Of a DNA stretch of 64,000 nucleotides, positions 1 through 14,409 are shown one piece after another. Below the pieces are notes generated by a model, which saw only the letters and a list, made by a program, of their open reading frames with translations, was not told the origin of the DNA and did not search any database. The position numbers and the translations under genes were made by a program. Source of the stretch: Chrysomallon squamiferum (lineage: Eukaryota > Animalia > Mollusca); contig CM022670.1 in assembly GCA_012295275.1 (NCBI GenBank), positions 28,210,001 through 28,274,000 on the forward strand, read 5' to 3'. The stretch's first letter is position 1. Each line of letters starts with the position of its first letter.

Positions 1-253
1 GGCAACAAACACTTAGTCAGTCTCTGACGTCATCGCGTGCCCAGACTATTGTCACGCGAGATTTGATATCGTGTAGTTTCGGGAAATTCTCGTGTTTTTA
101 CATTCGTGTTCTCATCGATCCGGACAAAACCCAGTAAAGTGATTAAACTCAGGATGCATCTGTGTTCATTTTTGAAGTGACTATTGAATAATATTTTGTT
201 TTTCCTTATTATGTAAATATAAATTATGAAATTATACGCATTCGCGAAATCTA

Positions 254-254
<1 letters not shown>

Positions 255-316
<62 letters not shown>

Positions 317-357
317 TATCAGTATTGATAATAATGTTGATGATACAGGGTGATGAC

Positions 358-404
<47 letters not shown>

Positions 405-543
405 TGATGATGATGATGATGATAATAATTTTGTAACGACTCAATTTATGAAGGAATTTCATTTTAACATACATAATTACTTTCTATAAGCGGAAACTGA
501 TTTTTGTTTTTATTTATTTATTGGTGTTATTGTTATTGTTGTG

Positions 544-593
<50 letters not shown>

Positions 594-828
594 GTCTAAG
601 AAATGTAAATTAAGATGTAAACAAATATTTATTTCTCCAATATTATTAAATATTTTGTTATATTTTACGCACTTACACACTACATGCATGCATACGTACA
701 ACATATAAGGGACATAGTTTCATGCATAGTGTGTTAATATTAAAAAAATATATATAAAAAGTATTTATGTTTAAAGATTGGCGTTAAAATGAGCCACTTA
801 TTATTGCTGTGGCTATATTAAAATTTTA

Positions 829-870
<42 letters not shown>
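255..870. repeat. Microsatellite cluster (AAT)n, (GAT)n, (TAT)n, (CA)n
   Basis: Directly visible; explains the poly-Y and poly-I ORFs. Confidence 0.95.
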
Positions 871-1754
871 TATACTTATCTGAGTATATTCACATATATA
901 TCCAAATGCATACACTCTCCCACTCGCAGACACAATTCAAACTATACCACTCCTTTCCACCTGCTATGTCCTGCACATTCGGTAATTGTGTCGATCAGCT
1001 GTCAGTTAAATTATGAATAAAAAAGTTAGTGTCATACGCTGGCTTTAAATAATGATACATGCACAATATGTGTATTAACGTTACTCTACTGACAACTCCC
1101 ATTGCGAAATACCTATTGTATTCAAACAGTTCGTGCAAGGCCAAGTGCATATTTAAAATGGCTACGACTGGGTCTTCACGTAAACAGTTTAATAATGATT
1201 CATTATATGAAACTTACTAATAAAGAGAGCGGAATTCGTACGAATATAAGCATAAAGGACAAGCTTTGTTCACGAGCAGATTTCAAGTGCAATACTTTGT
1301 TTATTTTATTGTTGTAACATGTAAACCACATTTAGGTTTGCATAGCTAGGAGTTACTTGTATGTATTTATTTATTTATTATTTTATAGAATTGTTATTGT
1401 CTAAATTATTATTATGTTAATTTTATATTAGGTCGTTATTAATACACACACAGACCTATACATGCATGTACATTCATACATACATACACACGTACATGTT
1501 TATTTATTAGTTGTTTTCTTCTAATTATTATTAATATTAGTATTAACCTGTTGGTGGGTTGTAGTTCACATGGTTGTTAATTAAGGGATCGCAGGATCAA
1601 ATCCCTTGAAGCAATCATTTGATTACTTCCCAACTGTTTCATCATTGCATGTACTTTCCTGCCTATTGTTTACAACAAACAAAACAAAACAAAAGAAGAA
1701 GTCGAAAAAAGTTCCCTTCTTCCTTTTAACATGTAGAATATACATATTTAAACA

Positions 1755-2720
1755 CTAGTGTCTACACAGACTGCCAGGCCTGTAATGAAACAATAAACAC
1801 GAACTGGAACGACCATAGAATAGCTGGCGCCTAAGGTGATGCATTAAACTGCTTCGCTCCAAATTGACAGATGTATAGGAAGTCAGGGGAACGCGGACCA
1901 CTCGCCGCTCAAAGTGAAAAGTAATTACAGCTAAAACCAGGCTTTTCATACCATCTTAGCAAATCAGTGACGTATCAAGCAAGACACTGACGTTTGTTTG
2001 TCCGCGAAATAATCATTTATCCTAAAGCGGTAATTTCGATATCCGCGAATTAACAGCCACCAATTAGTTGTGGGGAAGCAATCTGTATGGCACTGTACTG
2101 CGAGATGAGATGCTCAGTTACCATAAACTGCCGAAGAGACTCGGAATATACGAAGTATGTGAAATGTTACGTTCGGTTATTCAGATTTCCACGGAGTGAA
2201 AAATAAAATATATTCTTGGCGTTAACTATAATTTGTTATTTTGATAAATCTGGCTTACCAGAAAAACGAATAACCGCTTTAATTCGCAAAATGCTTACAC
2301 CAATAATAATAATAATAATAATAGAAGAAGAAGAAGAAGAAAAACGATATTAAAATTATATCCTCAGCAGCGAGAATGCACACATTTATACTGATATAAT
2401 TTTGTATGTAACAACTAAATTAAATTCATCGTAATGAAGTGAAGGATTGCATTCTAATTCTTTAAACTACTAAAAGAAAAGAAGCTTGTGTACATGCAAG
2501 AAATGCCAGTTTAGGGAAGAACTTGGGTGGGCCAGCCAATTCGGGTTACGAACTTAACGGCTAGTTGAAAATGGCGAGAACTGTAATTACGTTTTCACGC
2601 CAGGCGTCTGACGTGTAGTTACGCCGACGTTTGACGCCATCAACTTGCCGCGAGCTATTTCCAATAATCCAGTGATGGTTTCTGTTTCAAGGACAGCTTT
2701 AAACCTTAAGCTTGTTATTA
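1755..2720. promoter_or_regulatory. CpG-richer region with clustered CRE half-sites
   Basis: Several TGACG sites (~1968, 1988, 2608, 2632), CCAAT boxes and AAAATGGCG (YY1-like); a full TGACGTCA also occurs at 25-32. No gene assigned. Confidence 0.35.
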
Positions 2721-5337
2721 AATGTTAATTAACATTTAAATTCAAGAAACTTATGGATATATTATTTTAATTTTTATTTCATTTATTTTTATATTCATTT
2801 TTTCTTTCTTTCTTTCCTTTTATTTATTATTTTAAATATTTCCATATCAAATTTTTATCATTAATTTTTGTGTCTCAATAAAGCGAAATTTAGTCGTATG
2901 TCTCTGCAGAAGGTAACTAACATTCGAGTTAAATAAACAAGTTAATAAATAATGATGATGATTATCTTTTATTATTACCACTTTTGAATATATAGTGTAG
3001 GTAAATGAGGTTCACTGCGAATCTGTAAATTATAAACCACTGCTTAAGTGACTGAGTTTTTTCTCTAATATTAACGTTTAATAGTCCTTTTTTCTAACAA
3101 TAATAACCTTATGTCCACGGAATAATTAAAACAGCTTAAATTTCGAGTCAATAGTATAAGAAGAGTTCTCTCCCTTAAGGAAACGAAAAAATGACAATAA
3201 CGCGATCAAAGGTACTAGTGGTACAAAAAAAATATATATGGTTTTTATTTTTTCAAATTTTCCTGGTTTTTTTTTTTCATTATTCGCAACTAATCTTTCC
3301 TAATAATAAAGTGAGCAATAAACAAATATCTGCTGATGCAATAAATTTGACCTTTTGATAATTACTTTAGTGTTATACCATTTTGTTAATATAAGAAAGG
3401 ATCATCTTGGATCTTTATAGTTATTAATTAAAAACAATAACTACTAAATTGAAAAATATAACTATTCCTAAAAGAAAACATGTCACAGGTGTTGCTTAAA
3501 TAACTGTATAATTTCCTCCACGTTCTTTTATTTAAAAAAAAATCAAAAATCGTACAGCGTTAAATCCTGCCAATTTTATTGTCAATTTATATTATACTAG
3601 TGAGGAATTTCATAAACAGATGTACTCATTAAATTACATTATATTCCATTTAAATGCCACTGCTAATCTTTTTATTTACCAACTGCAAAAAACTATTATT
3701 TGTTAACTGTGCAGTAACAGCAGCAGCATGTATTTTAATTATAGTTCAAATTCAATATTTTTAGTCCCATTAGTTATATCTTTCCTGAACAAACATACCA
3801 TTCAGTTAAATCCCTTGTTCATGGTATTTCAAAGTCATACCAATGTTTGAAAATGTTAAACAATTAGCTAATGGATGGAAGATTCATATAATAATATATT
3901 GTCATTTGATATGAATTATTAAGTAACGACTTGAAATTACACTGCAGTGTAGCATTCTGTTAAGTAACATTAAATGTACAAATTGTGAAATGCTTTATGA
4001 ATAAAATGTAGACAAGAAGCTATATATATATATATATATATTAAATGTCTAATATGTATACTATTTAATATTTCTTTATAAATGAAAGAAATAAAATATT
4101 TTGAATCTATAAAGATTGGGGTTTATTAATGTTTTTTGACATTTAAATCAAGTGCTGTGTTGAAGGAGAGAGGTAGAATTTATACAAAAACAATACTAAA
4201 ACAAATGTTAGGTGGAATATTAAATGCAAAATATGTTATTTTTTAATTGTTATATAACAGACAGACTGTGATTCATTTTAGCAAGTTGTTAACAAATAGA
4301 ACTCACTAGACCAGAAGAACCTGTAAGTACTGAACTAACATGTTAAAGTTTTTAATTTCATTTAAAACATTTAACACATGCTGTACACTAACAGGGTGCA
4401 AATTAAAGTGTAATCTATAGCAGACAGCTGTACAAGCATTCCTTGAATTTTATAACAGCTCAGAGTGTATGTTTCACTTTACTTTTACATCAAAGAATAA
4501 TGATATATAGCCTCTGTGAAAGCTTTATGTTAGTAACCTCCACGTGAACCTATTTATTGGCTTAGCTATCAAGTAAGTTTCATTTTGCACTGTACTGTAA
4601 CATTAACAAAATCATAACTTTATAAGTTTAATTTTTTTTTTTTTTTTACTTCTGAAACTGAAACTTTTATTATAATAATTATATTGAAATATATATATAT
4701 ATATAAAATAATACACATTTTAAAATGCCTTTTGCTATTTAAAAAAACCATTAAAAATCTCTACTCATCACTCTTTGATGAATATATCTTACAACATAAT
4801 CATCTTCAGTTTTCCTCTAAGTAACAAATTTTAACATTAAGTAATACTAACATTATTATTAATACTAATAATTTTGATAAACAGTGTTGGAAGACTGTAG
4901 GGAAATTAGTTTCTAAATGCACACTTTTATTTCATTCAGTAACTGACATTTTCCTGATTTCAGTCTGATTGTTTGTAAAAATTCTATCTACTGCTGGATT
5001 ATTCCTGCAGTATACAATTCTCACTTCTATAAGTCAAACTTTCCTTAAAAACACTTCACAATTTGAATAACACTTCTTCTTCACAAAACCATTGCTGAAT
5101 CACGTATTTTCTTCTCCAGAGTTGCAATCCACATCATTCTGACCAAAAACAATCACTAGCTTTAAAAGCTGACTGTCCAAGAAGAAATGAATCGGTTTTT
5201 TCAAAAATTTGTCACAAATTCCAGTTTCTTTCTTAACTGCTATCCAATAAGGAAGCCAATCTTTCACTACATCCATTCTGTTTCTATGTCCACTGTATTT
5301 ATAAATAAACCATTCATCTGTTTTTCTCTCCAAGATT

Positions 5338-8300
5338 TCAGGAAGACACTTCCTCCACATTTATGTGTGAGATAAATCGAAGTCTCAGCTGCAAGGCTGG
5401 ACGTAAGTTTCTAATCACTTTTTCCACTTCATTTTTCACTCCATCTCCAACAAACATGTACTTGATGTGGTAACTAGACTGAGTTAAGGAGATGTAAACA
5501 GCACATAATATAAAAAAAAGAAATATTTGTGTTAAATGAATCTATACAAAGTGTTTAATAATATTTTATTATCAAGAAAAACCAAAACAGTAATTCTGAT
5601 GAAATGAATTGAGCAGATCTGTAATATTTAGTCAGATGATTTGGGAAGGTCTATGTTTAATCAGGTAAAATTTACTAGAATCAGATTCATCAATATGTAT
5701 TCAGTGTTATTACCCAAAACTTTTGTTTTCAAAACTAAAGAAACAAAAAAGAAAAAAAGGAAAATTTAAAAAAACAAAACAAACTGAACAGTATTTAAAA
5801 CTGGTGATGACAAAGGATACAGGAAATCACAGATCGGATCAATGTAATGCATGTGACTACTTGACTTGTCAACAGTCATCAGTATTTCATACAGCTCCAT
5901 GGTGATCTGAATCAGAAAAACCACATTTAATTAACATTTAATATCTTGTACACACATATGTAATATTAAATGACAGATCTTGTGATGTGTTATTTTATCA
6001 CTTTATAATTAATTTTTTATCTTTTGATTTTTATTATTTACATTACAAAAATATGCAGCATGAATAATCAAAATTGGATTTTATCTGTGAATAAACAAAA
6101 GTATTGTAAACATTACATTGTAAAATCAACATCCAAACATCATTGATCTGAATTTAATTATTCAATTGTTGTAATATAGCATTTAATGAAGACTATAAAA
6201 GCATTTTTATGTAAAAAAAAAAAAAAAAATACATTACAAATGAGAAATGAGTGATGGCTGCATAGCACTGTTATCAATTACTTTAAAAAAAAGGTTCAAT
6301 TTGTTTGTAAATCAAGAAAAACTGACATCAAGCAGACAGCGAGTTCTTTCAAGATGAAATCTTTGTAGAAATGGTCCAATAAGATGACAGAGATACAAAA
6401 ACTGTTCCTCTGTCTTGATGATGGGTTGCAGTCTGTCTTTGATAAATCTGCAACAACACAGACACCAAAAGTTTTTAAACAATGTAAGAGATTTGTATTG
6501 ACAAACTTTTATAACACACTAAAACATTTCTTTTTTAAACTTTCAACAAATAAAAACAGGAATTTTCAGCTTCAGTGTTTCAAGTTATAATTTTGCTTTC
6601 ATGGAAGGTTGACCAAAATATATTTAACTGAGAAAAACATTTATTAGCTTATGTAACAACAGTAACAGTTCATTCCATTGTTGTATGAGACTTAATAAAC
6701 TTATTTAGCAAGAATAAATAAATTGCTGAATTATGGTTTAAAAAGACAATAGATTTTACTTTACTACTGACCATATACTGTCTGTAATAGACTTTTTATT
6801 AAAAAAAATCATAACAGATATAAGATTTAATTAACAGACCTTAAACTGAGTAGACTGAAGGGGGCAAAATGATTACAATTCTTACATTGAAACTGAATGA
6901 ATTAGTCCAATAAATCTAAGGTATTTAGTGTTGTCCCTTAAATCAAGAATAAAATGTATCTAACATTTTACATCAGTGGTGAATGGTTCATCCAAAACAG
7001 AACAAAATGCTTGGGAAAGTAACATTTTGCATTGAGCAAAAACAAATGAAATGTTGTAATAAAGACTTGAAAGTGACTGAAACTGAAATAATTTAAGAAC
7101 TGAAAAAGACCTGTGGATGACTCATAATGAAATAGTTCAAGAAGTGAAAATGTCTTGATGGTGACTGACAATAAATAGTTTAAGAATAGATAAAGACTTA
7201 AGGTGACTGATAATGAAATGTTTCAAGCAGCACCAATTTATACTAAACTCACACTGGAAGCAAACTCAGCTGGCCTATACCAGCGTGGTGCCAGATGGTG
7301 TGACAGAGGCCGAGGAGGTAGCTGCAGTGTTGTTCTGCAAAGACTGTGTGGCTGGTGTAGAAGTTGAACATCTGGAAGGGGTTGCTGTTTGGTGCTGGGG
7401 CTACAAGTTGAGGCATGCTCATGGCTGACACTATGTTTTCATGTAGAACTGTCCAGAATGGATCCTGAAAATATTTCATTTTATACAATAAATAATAATT
7501 TAAAGAGTAAAATACTTGAATGTTTAATGTGGATCAGAAATATCTTCTTAGAGAAAAAAAAAAATAATAATAAGAAGAAGAAATAGTATTAGTAATAATG
7601 CAATAATTATTATTTGGCCCAATATAAAAACATGTTGATATCAGATAATATATTTTATTAAGTAAATAAATAAATAATGAAGAAATAATAATAATTTTTT
7701 TGTCAGCAATATAAGTAGCTACCAACTATAGACCATTCACAAATTATTCTAGTATTATCACAAACATTCTGAAAAGAAACCAAAATTAATGACTTACAAA
7801 AACGTATATACAAAAGTGAATTTTGAAATGCTTTTTGAAACCACATAAACACATCTAAATAAGACAATGGTTTATGTTCTTATTTTAATCAGAATTTTTT
7901 TTTTTTCCATAATTTGCACATACAGTATACTCATATATAAGCCATTACTGCCCAAGATTCTTCAGATTTCAAACAACAAATAATTTATTTCCTGGTGTAA
8001 AAATACAAATTTGAATACAGAATAGATAACTTTTATTCTGTAAAATCATTTGCTTCCAAAATAATTCCTATTTTAGGGCCCCATGTCTGACACCACATTT
8101 GTTTTAGAGGTTAACAAAGAATATATAAAAGAGAAATAAAAATCAAACATCCAGTTTAAAACTACTAAAGGAGGTAGAACTATTGTTATTTACCGGTAAA
8201 GCAGTGAGGACAAGACCTACAGCGTTCATCCATGAGATGATTTTGTCTTGTGGAAGTTGTAGAAAACTGTAAAACAAAATTTAGTCTATTAAAATCCTAT

Positions 8301-11300
8301 AAACAATACTGTAAATGATTTCATCTGTAACTGAGATATATGCTACATGTCTGTACACTAGCTATAATTCTAATTAGTAAGAAAACTTCATAGTCACTTT
8401 TTGTCTCGATCATCAAGATAGGTGTACCTCTTGAGGGCCACATCAAGAAGTGCTCCTCCCACTAGGTTGCTGTTTGCTGGAAGAGCCATCAGCTCCACAC
8501 AGGTGGCATGCAGGGCATGTGCAGCAGGATTTGGAAACTCGTTGAATCTCCAGTCACAACTGGGAAAGGGAGGTGGAATTTTACCAGAAATAGATGAAAA
8601 CTATTAAGGAAAACTAACTGATTTTACATAGAGATTCTTTTAAAAATGCCAGCAACAAGTTTTAACATTCTGCAAAGACAACTAACATGTATATCTGTCT
8701 GGCTGTCTGTGCCTCTGTCTATATACATACACACTTTTATATTTATTAACTCAAAATAATTCAAGATGACTATAACACAGTTACAGTAAAATAAATACCT
8801 AGCATAAATGAACAAAACATAACAAGACTGAATATAACTAAACAAGTGAATTAACTTAATGAATCAATTATTTAATCTCGCAACCTAAATGAATACTGAC
8901 CTCTAACAGCAAGAACTTTAACTATGGTATTAGTAAGCAATGAGCTAGATGAATTAAAATGTGACATAAGATAATGGAGATTCTGTTATAACTCAATGTG
9001 CTATGTTCATTAAAGCAGTCTGTATATGTACAGTGGAAATCAAAGAGGTTAAGAGCTTTATTTAATCATGTCATTATTTATCCATTATATCTCTGTGCTA
9101 TTTGTCAAAACACAACCATTTTTTTTACTTGAAAACAAATTACAGATATTTTACAAAAACAAAATCTTGTAAATAAAGGATACTGTCAACAAGTCTGCCA
9201 ATAAGGCGGACATAATACTCCTGATCTGGAATCCAGTCAATGTTGTCTGGTGGCATCTGTAGGTAATGTCCATAGTCCTTGGACAAACACCAGTTCGGTG
9301 GTCGAATGTCCTTGAAAGCACCTGAATACAAAATAAATAAATCATGACTGTACTATAGTAAGAATGTGGTCCCATGCTACGGATACAAGCTGAAACAAAA
9401 CATTCTAAATTATTATTAGCAAGACAAATTAGTGTGGAAATTTATTTTTTGGCATAAGTTAGGAATCCACTATCTGAACTGTGACTTCCAGATTTCCTAA
9501 AGATAAGAATTTTTATTAATTAAATCCCCCCACCAGTTTATTATCATTTATGTATATAAAAATAGTTTTAATTATATAGAATTCTATATTATTTTTGTTT
9601 AAAATTAAGTTTGATAGAAAATCACCTTACCAATAATGGCATGAACAAGTCGTCTCTTGAGACTGGATTTTCCATTCAGTCTTTTCTCAAAGTAGAACAG
9701 TGTGTTATACAGATATGTTACAGGTCGGTCTGACAATAAACAAATAATTTCAAATAAAACAGTGAATTATTAAAATTACAGAGAAATTCTCAGGTGTGTT
9801 GAATTTTAAAATAATGTTTCTAATAAAATCACTTTATGAAAATGAAAATAAAATTTAATATAATAAAAGGAAATAAAATTAACTGCTAATATTATACAAT
9901 ATTATATATTCTTTCTTTCATGTTGAAAAGTTTTTTATTTTTTTAAAATTCAGGATTAAAATAAAGAAGCAATTCCTACATCCATGAACAGCTGAATACA
10001 TATCTACAAAGGTAAGTAAGAAAATGTACCATGGAATTTGTACAAGCAGCCAATGTTGTCAAGAATATTCTCCAGGATCTTCTGAACAGGACTAAACTCC
10101 AGCAGGCGATGAATAGTGACATCCAACACCTGAAAGAAACTAAATATTTTCATTCCAAAATATATCATCATAATAGCAATGTTTACAATAAATATCTTTC
10201 ATACAACCCTATTTATATAACACATTATGTATAAAGTAGATTAGAACTTTCTGTTGCTATCATGGACATATTCCAACACAAGAAAATTTATAACTGATAC
10301 TTGTAATATACAACTCACTGGAAGAAACCTCAGACAGACATTTCCAAAGTACACAGGTAAGTACTGGTGATGAATTGGATTGTTCAGATCCTGGATTCCT
10401 TCATAATAAAACTTCTCTGGGTATTTCTAAAAATACAGACAAAACATATGGTGTAGAGACTTTAAAATGATCCTACAAATTAATGCTATCTTAATATAAA
10501 TATATAAATAATTTTGACTGTAACAATCTGAAGACTTTACCAAACATGAACAAAAACAAAGAACATGTCACTGCCCACTAGGTTGTTTTGGGGTGGGCTT
10601 TTTAACTATAAGTATTTCCTGTAAATGAAATAGAATTTGAAAAATGATCTCATTACTGAGATAAGAAAGCTATATGTAGATGTTGTAACTGATTATGTAA
10701 CAACCAAACAGTGACATAAATGATCAGATAATAAATACCTTGTGGAAAGCCATGTGTTTTTCATGCCAGTTGCTCTGTAGCCAGTGCTCCGGGCTATTCT
10801 ATAAATTATTTAAAAAATGATAATAAGATTAAATTAAAAATAAATGTTGTAATATCACATAATTAAATCTGGATAGAGAAGAACTGATAATGGAAATTAA
10901 ATCAGAGAAAAAAAAATGTATAACTTTCGAAAATAATTTCTCTTTGGATCTGTAGGGGCCAATACACCAAATTTTTATTTGTTAAGTCAAAAGTCCAGAC
11001 ATTTAACATATTTAAATGAAACAAATAGGAGAACCAAATATTTAATTTAGCCTCACCTCTTTGACAAACTCATGTACTCTGTTTTTAAATTCAGCCACAT
11101 TCAGCAGCAACAGTTGAACTATGAGAAATTTCACTTGTGCTTCCTTCCCTTCCGAGTTACGCAGAACCTGATTCATAAAAAAAATTATTTTAGATATTTT
11201 GACAAAGTAATTAAATAGAAAGTAACATCATTGTTTAACTATTAATAAAGTAAAAATTGAATAAAAATGATTAAAAAAAAGACACATGCAGAAATGTGTT

Positions 11301-14300
11301 GTTTTGTGAAGGGAAGGTCAAGGTGCGGGGAAAATAAAAAAAATGTCTTTAAAGAAGTATATCATAGAAACAAAGTTTACTGGAATCTATTCTTTTAAAA
11401 ACAGTAACAAATGTCTTCTGTTTTTATTCTTTAGAAAATAAAAAATAATAATAAAATAAAAAATAAATAAATAAAAACAAATAAAAATTTAAATAAAAAT
11501 AATATTATCAAAAAAATATATAAAATTATAGTTTTTTATTAAAGCAAATAATTAAAAGAGAGGCATAAAACTAATGATATATTACCAAACACAAAACCAT
11601 TCTGTCTATTGTGATTATGTTGCTGCGCCAAATTATTTCTGTCAAGGCATCAAGATACTGAAAATAAAATTTAACAAAATCATAAATTATCAGCTTAATT
11701 AAAACCTTTTAAACTAACTTCAATTACAATTAATTTAAAATATATATACATCAAATAATACATTAAGATAGCAAATAACAATATTGTACATTTCATTCAA
11801 ATGTACTTTTCACCTTATGAATGAATTCATTAAGTCAAAAAAATGTGTTGGTTTTTATAACTCAAATGAATATAAGTTTAAAAAAATATAGTTTTAAATG
11901 TGTTTACCCTGTTGATATTTCCAGAACCTTGTGTGTTGGAAAACTCGTAAACCAGGTAATCAGCAAATGTTCTGAGATGAGCAGACAAACATCGTGGTCC
12001 CAGTCGATCAAGAACCCTGATTTAAACAAACATATTATTTTATGATTAAAAATGTGATAGTTTGAAATCCAGTAGGTTAAACAGTTAGATATGGTAATGT
12101 ATAAATAAATAATTAACATGATAGATTAAAGATGCTGTATTTATTGTAATACATTTAAACCCAAAAGGAGAAAGAACTGATGGATCCTTTTGTTTTCTTC
12201 TGTTTCCATCAATTTCCTGACAGACTGAAATTTATCTGTATTTCTACTAAATATAACTCAAGATAAGATCACTGAATATTATATCAATATACAAACAATA
12301 CAGATTTTGTGTATTTAAAATGTGTTTAAACTTTGTTACTTAAAAGCTGTAGGAGGAATTCGGTTCTCTTCCAAAAGATTTTTCCATACAATACTGAAAT
12401 TAAATAAAACAGATGTATTTATAAACAGTTTTTCATAATTTTGAATTCTGCCAGATTATTATCAATTATATAGAAAGGATGGTGTTAAGTTTTTATGTTG
12501 CAAAACAAAAATATCATAAAAAATAAAGAAATAAAAACATAGATTAAATCTGTGTTTTAGAACCTAATTAATTTACTTAATATAAATGTGCATACAAACT
12601 GGATAAGCAGTTATTACTGCAAGACAAAATCAGAAGTTAAACATTTAAAATATATATACAGAATAAAATAAATATATAAGCCTACCACAGAAAGATTGGT
12701 GCTATTCCCTGCATGGAGAAATGAGCTATAATGTTATTTTCACTGTTCATACCTAAAATAAATAATAATATAACAATTTATAATTGTAATATTTTCTTCT
12801 CTTTCCAAAAATGTTAATAAATATTAATATAAATTATTCTTAACAATAACTTTCATAATTAATTAGAGTGTTTTAATATTAAACAACAGCCTTAAAAAAT
12901 TTCAGAAATAAAGTTTTTCTAACATTTCAATCTTTTTCACATATCCTTTTTTGCCTATGAATAAATGTTAATATTTTATTTTGTTTTTATTCTGATAAAC
13001 ACCTGTTTCAGTAAGTGAAAATTCTTCTTACCACTTTTCCATTTCTTGTATTCTGCTTCTACATTCCTCTTGAGCATGGTTTTGTCTTCCTTGGTGACAG
13101 GATTCTGACTGAAGAATTCCACCAAACTCTGTGGAAAGTACTGAAGTGTATATGATGGCCAGCCAATCGGAGTATTCTGCATGATTGATGTGAGAATATC
13201 TTTACACCAGTTTGTTGCATGACTATCAACTCCTGCAAAAATAGTAACAGTAATAACAATATATAAAAAACCCAACAGTAATAAAAATAATAATACATAA
13301 TAACATAAAATTTTAAAATAACAACAATTAGAACAACAATAAATCAATAAATAATTTTAAAATAAATAAATTCAATATTATTATTATTATTATAAAAAAT
13401 CTTCAGAACAGTAATTATAAAATAAATATAGAAAAATAATAATGACTATATTCAATGGAACAAGTTTCTCTGGTGAACAGAATAACTCAGATATTAAGCT
13501 TTTAACTATAATTTCAACCCTCATTTTAGTACAAAAAATTAAAAATTAAAAGAAATGAATAATAAAGAAGAATAATTAGAGCATTAATAATATAACACAC
13601 TTTATAAAATATCTGTGCTGTTTGACAACTTATCTTTGTCAGATGTAAATAATGGTATTTATTTTCACAGAGGTGTCTGAAAAACAATAAATAACCTTTG
13701 ACAGATAGACCTATAAATGGATGGACAGACTGATAGATGAATAGATGGATTGTCAGAATTAGGCAATAAAACAATAAATAAATAAATAAAAATATAAATA
13801 GGTAAATACCTGTGATGTGCATGGCTCGAGCCAGGGTGATGATGAGAGCTCTGTTCAGCTCCTCTGACTCTCCTGCGAGAAACGCCTGCGACTTGGACTC
13901 ACTTGATATACGAGACAACTGAGGCTGCACCTCCGAGCTTCCCAAACTGATTATCAGTCTCAGAGCTGTGCTTTCAACACTAACACACAAAAACAATAAT
14001 AACAATACAGTAATAATAACAATAATAATAATAATAATAATAATAGGGGAGAAAATAACAATGATGATAATAATAATAATAATAAAAATCTCAACAGTGA
14101 TATAATAATGTATAATAATGAATGAATGAATGTTTAATGTTGTCCCAACATGAAAAGAGATCAGGTGATATAGTAATAATAATGATAATGATGACAATAT
14201 ATGTATACAAAAATGGAAAAGAAAAAAAAAGGAATATTTATTTTTAAGTTGGATAATTATTTTATTGTTTTTATAAATAAAAATAAATTTGTTTAAAAAA

Positions 14301-14374
14301 TAATGTCTGAAATTATTTATAAATAAAACCCTAATATAAAAATTATTAGCTTATTAATTTAATATTTATTAGTA

Positions 14375-14409
<35 letters not shown>

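Noticed and set aside
30-704. Poly-Tyr and poly-Ile ORFs (also 44893-45157, 34676-34867 and 35623-35832)
   Set aside because: They are translations of microsatellites.
8601-8602. Conventional AG acceptor for the U12 intron
   Set aside because: It is out of frame (TAA follows within 6 codons) and adjacent to the branch point.
13526-14197. 223-aa hydrophobic ORF
   Set aside because: Only 13810-13979 is a MED23 exon; the rest is T-rich intron read-through.
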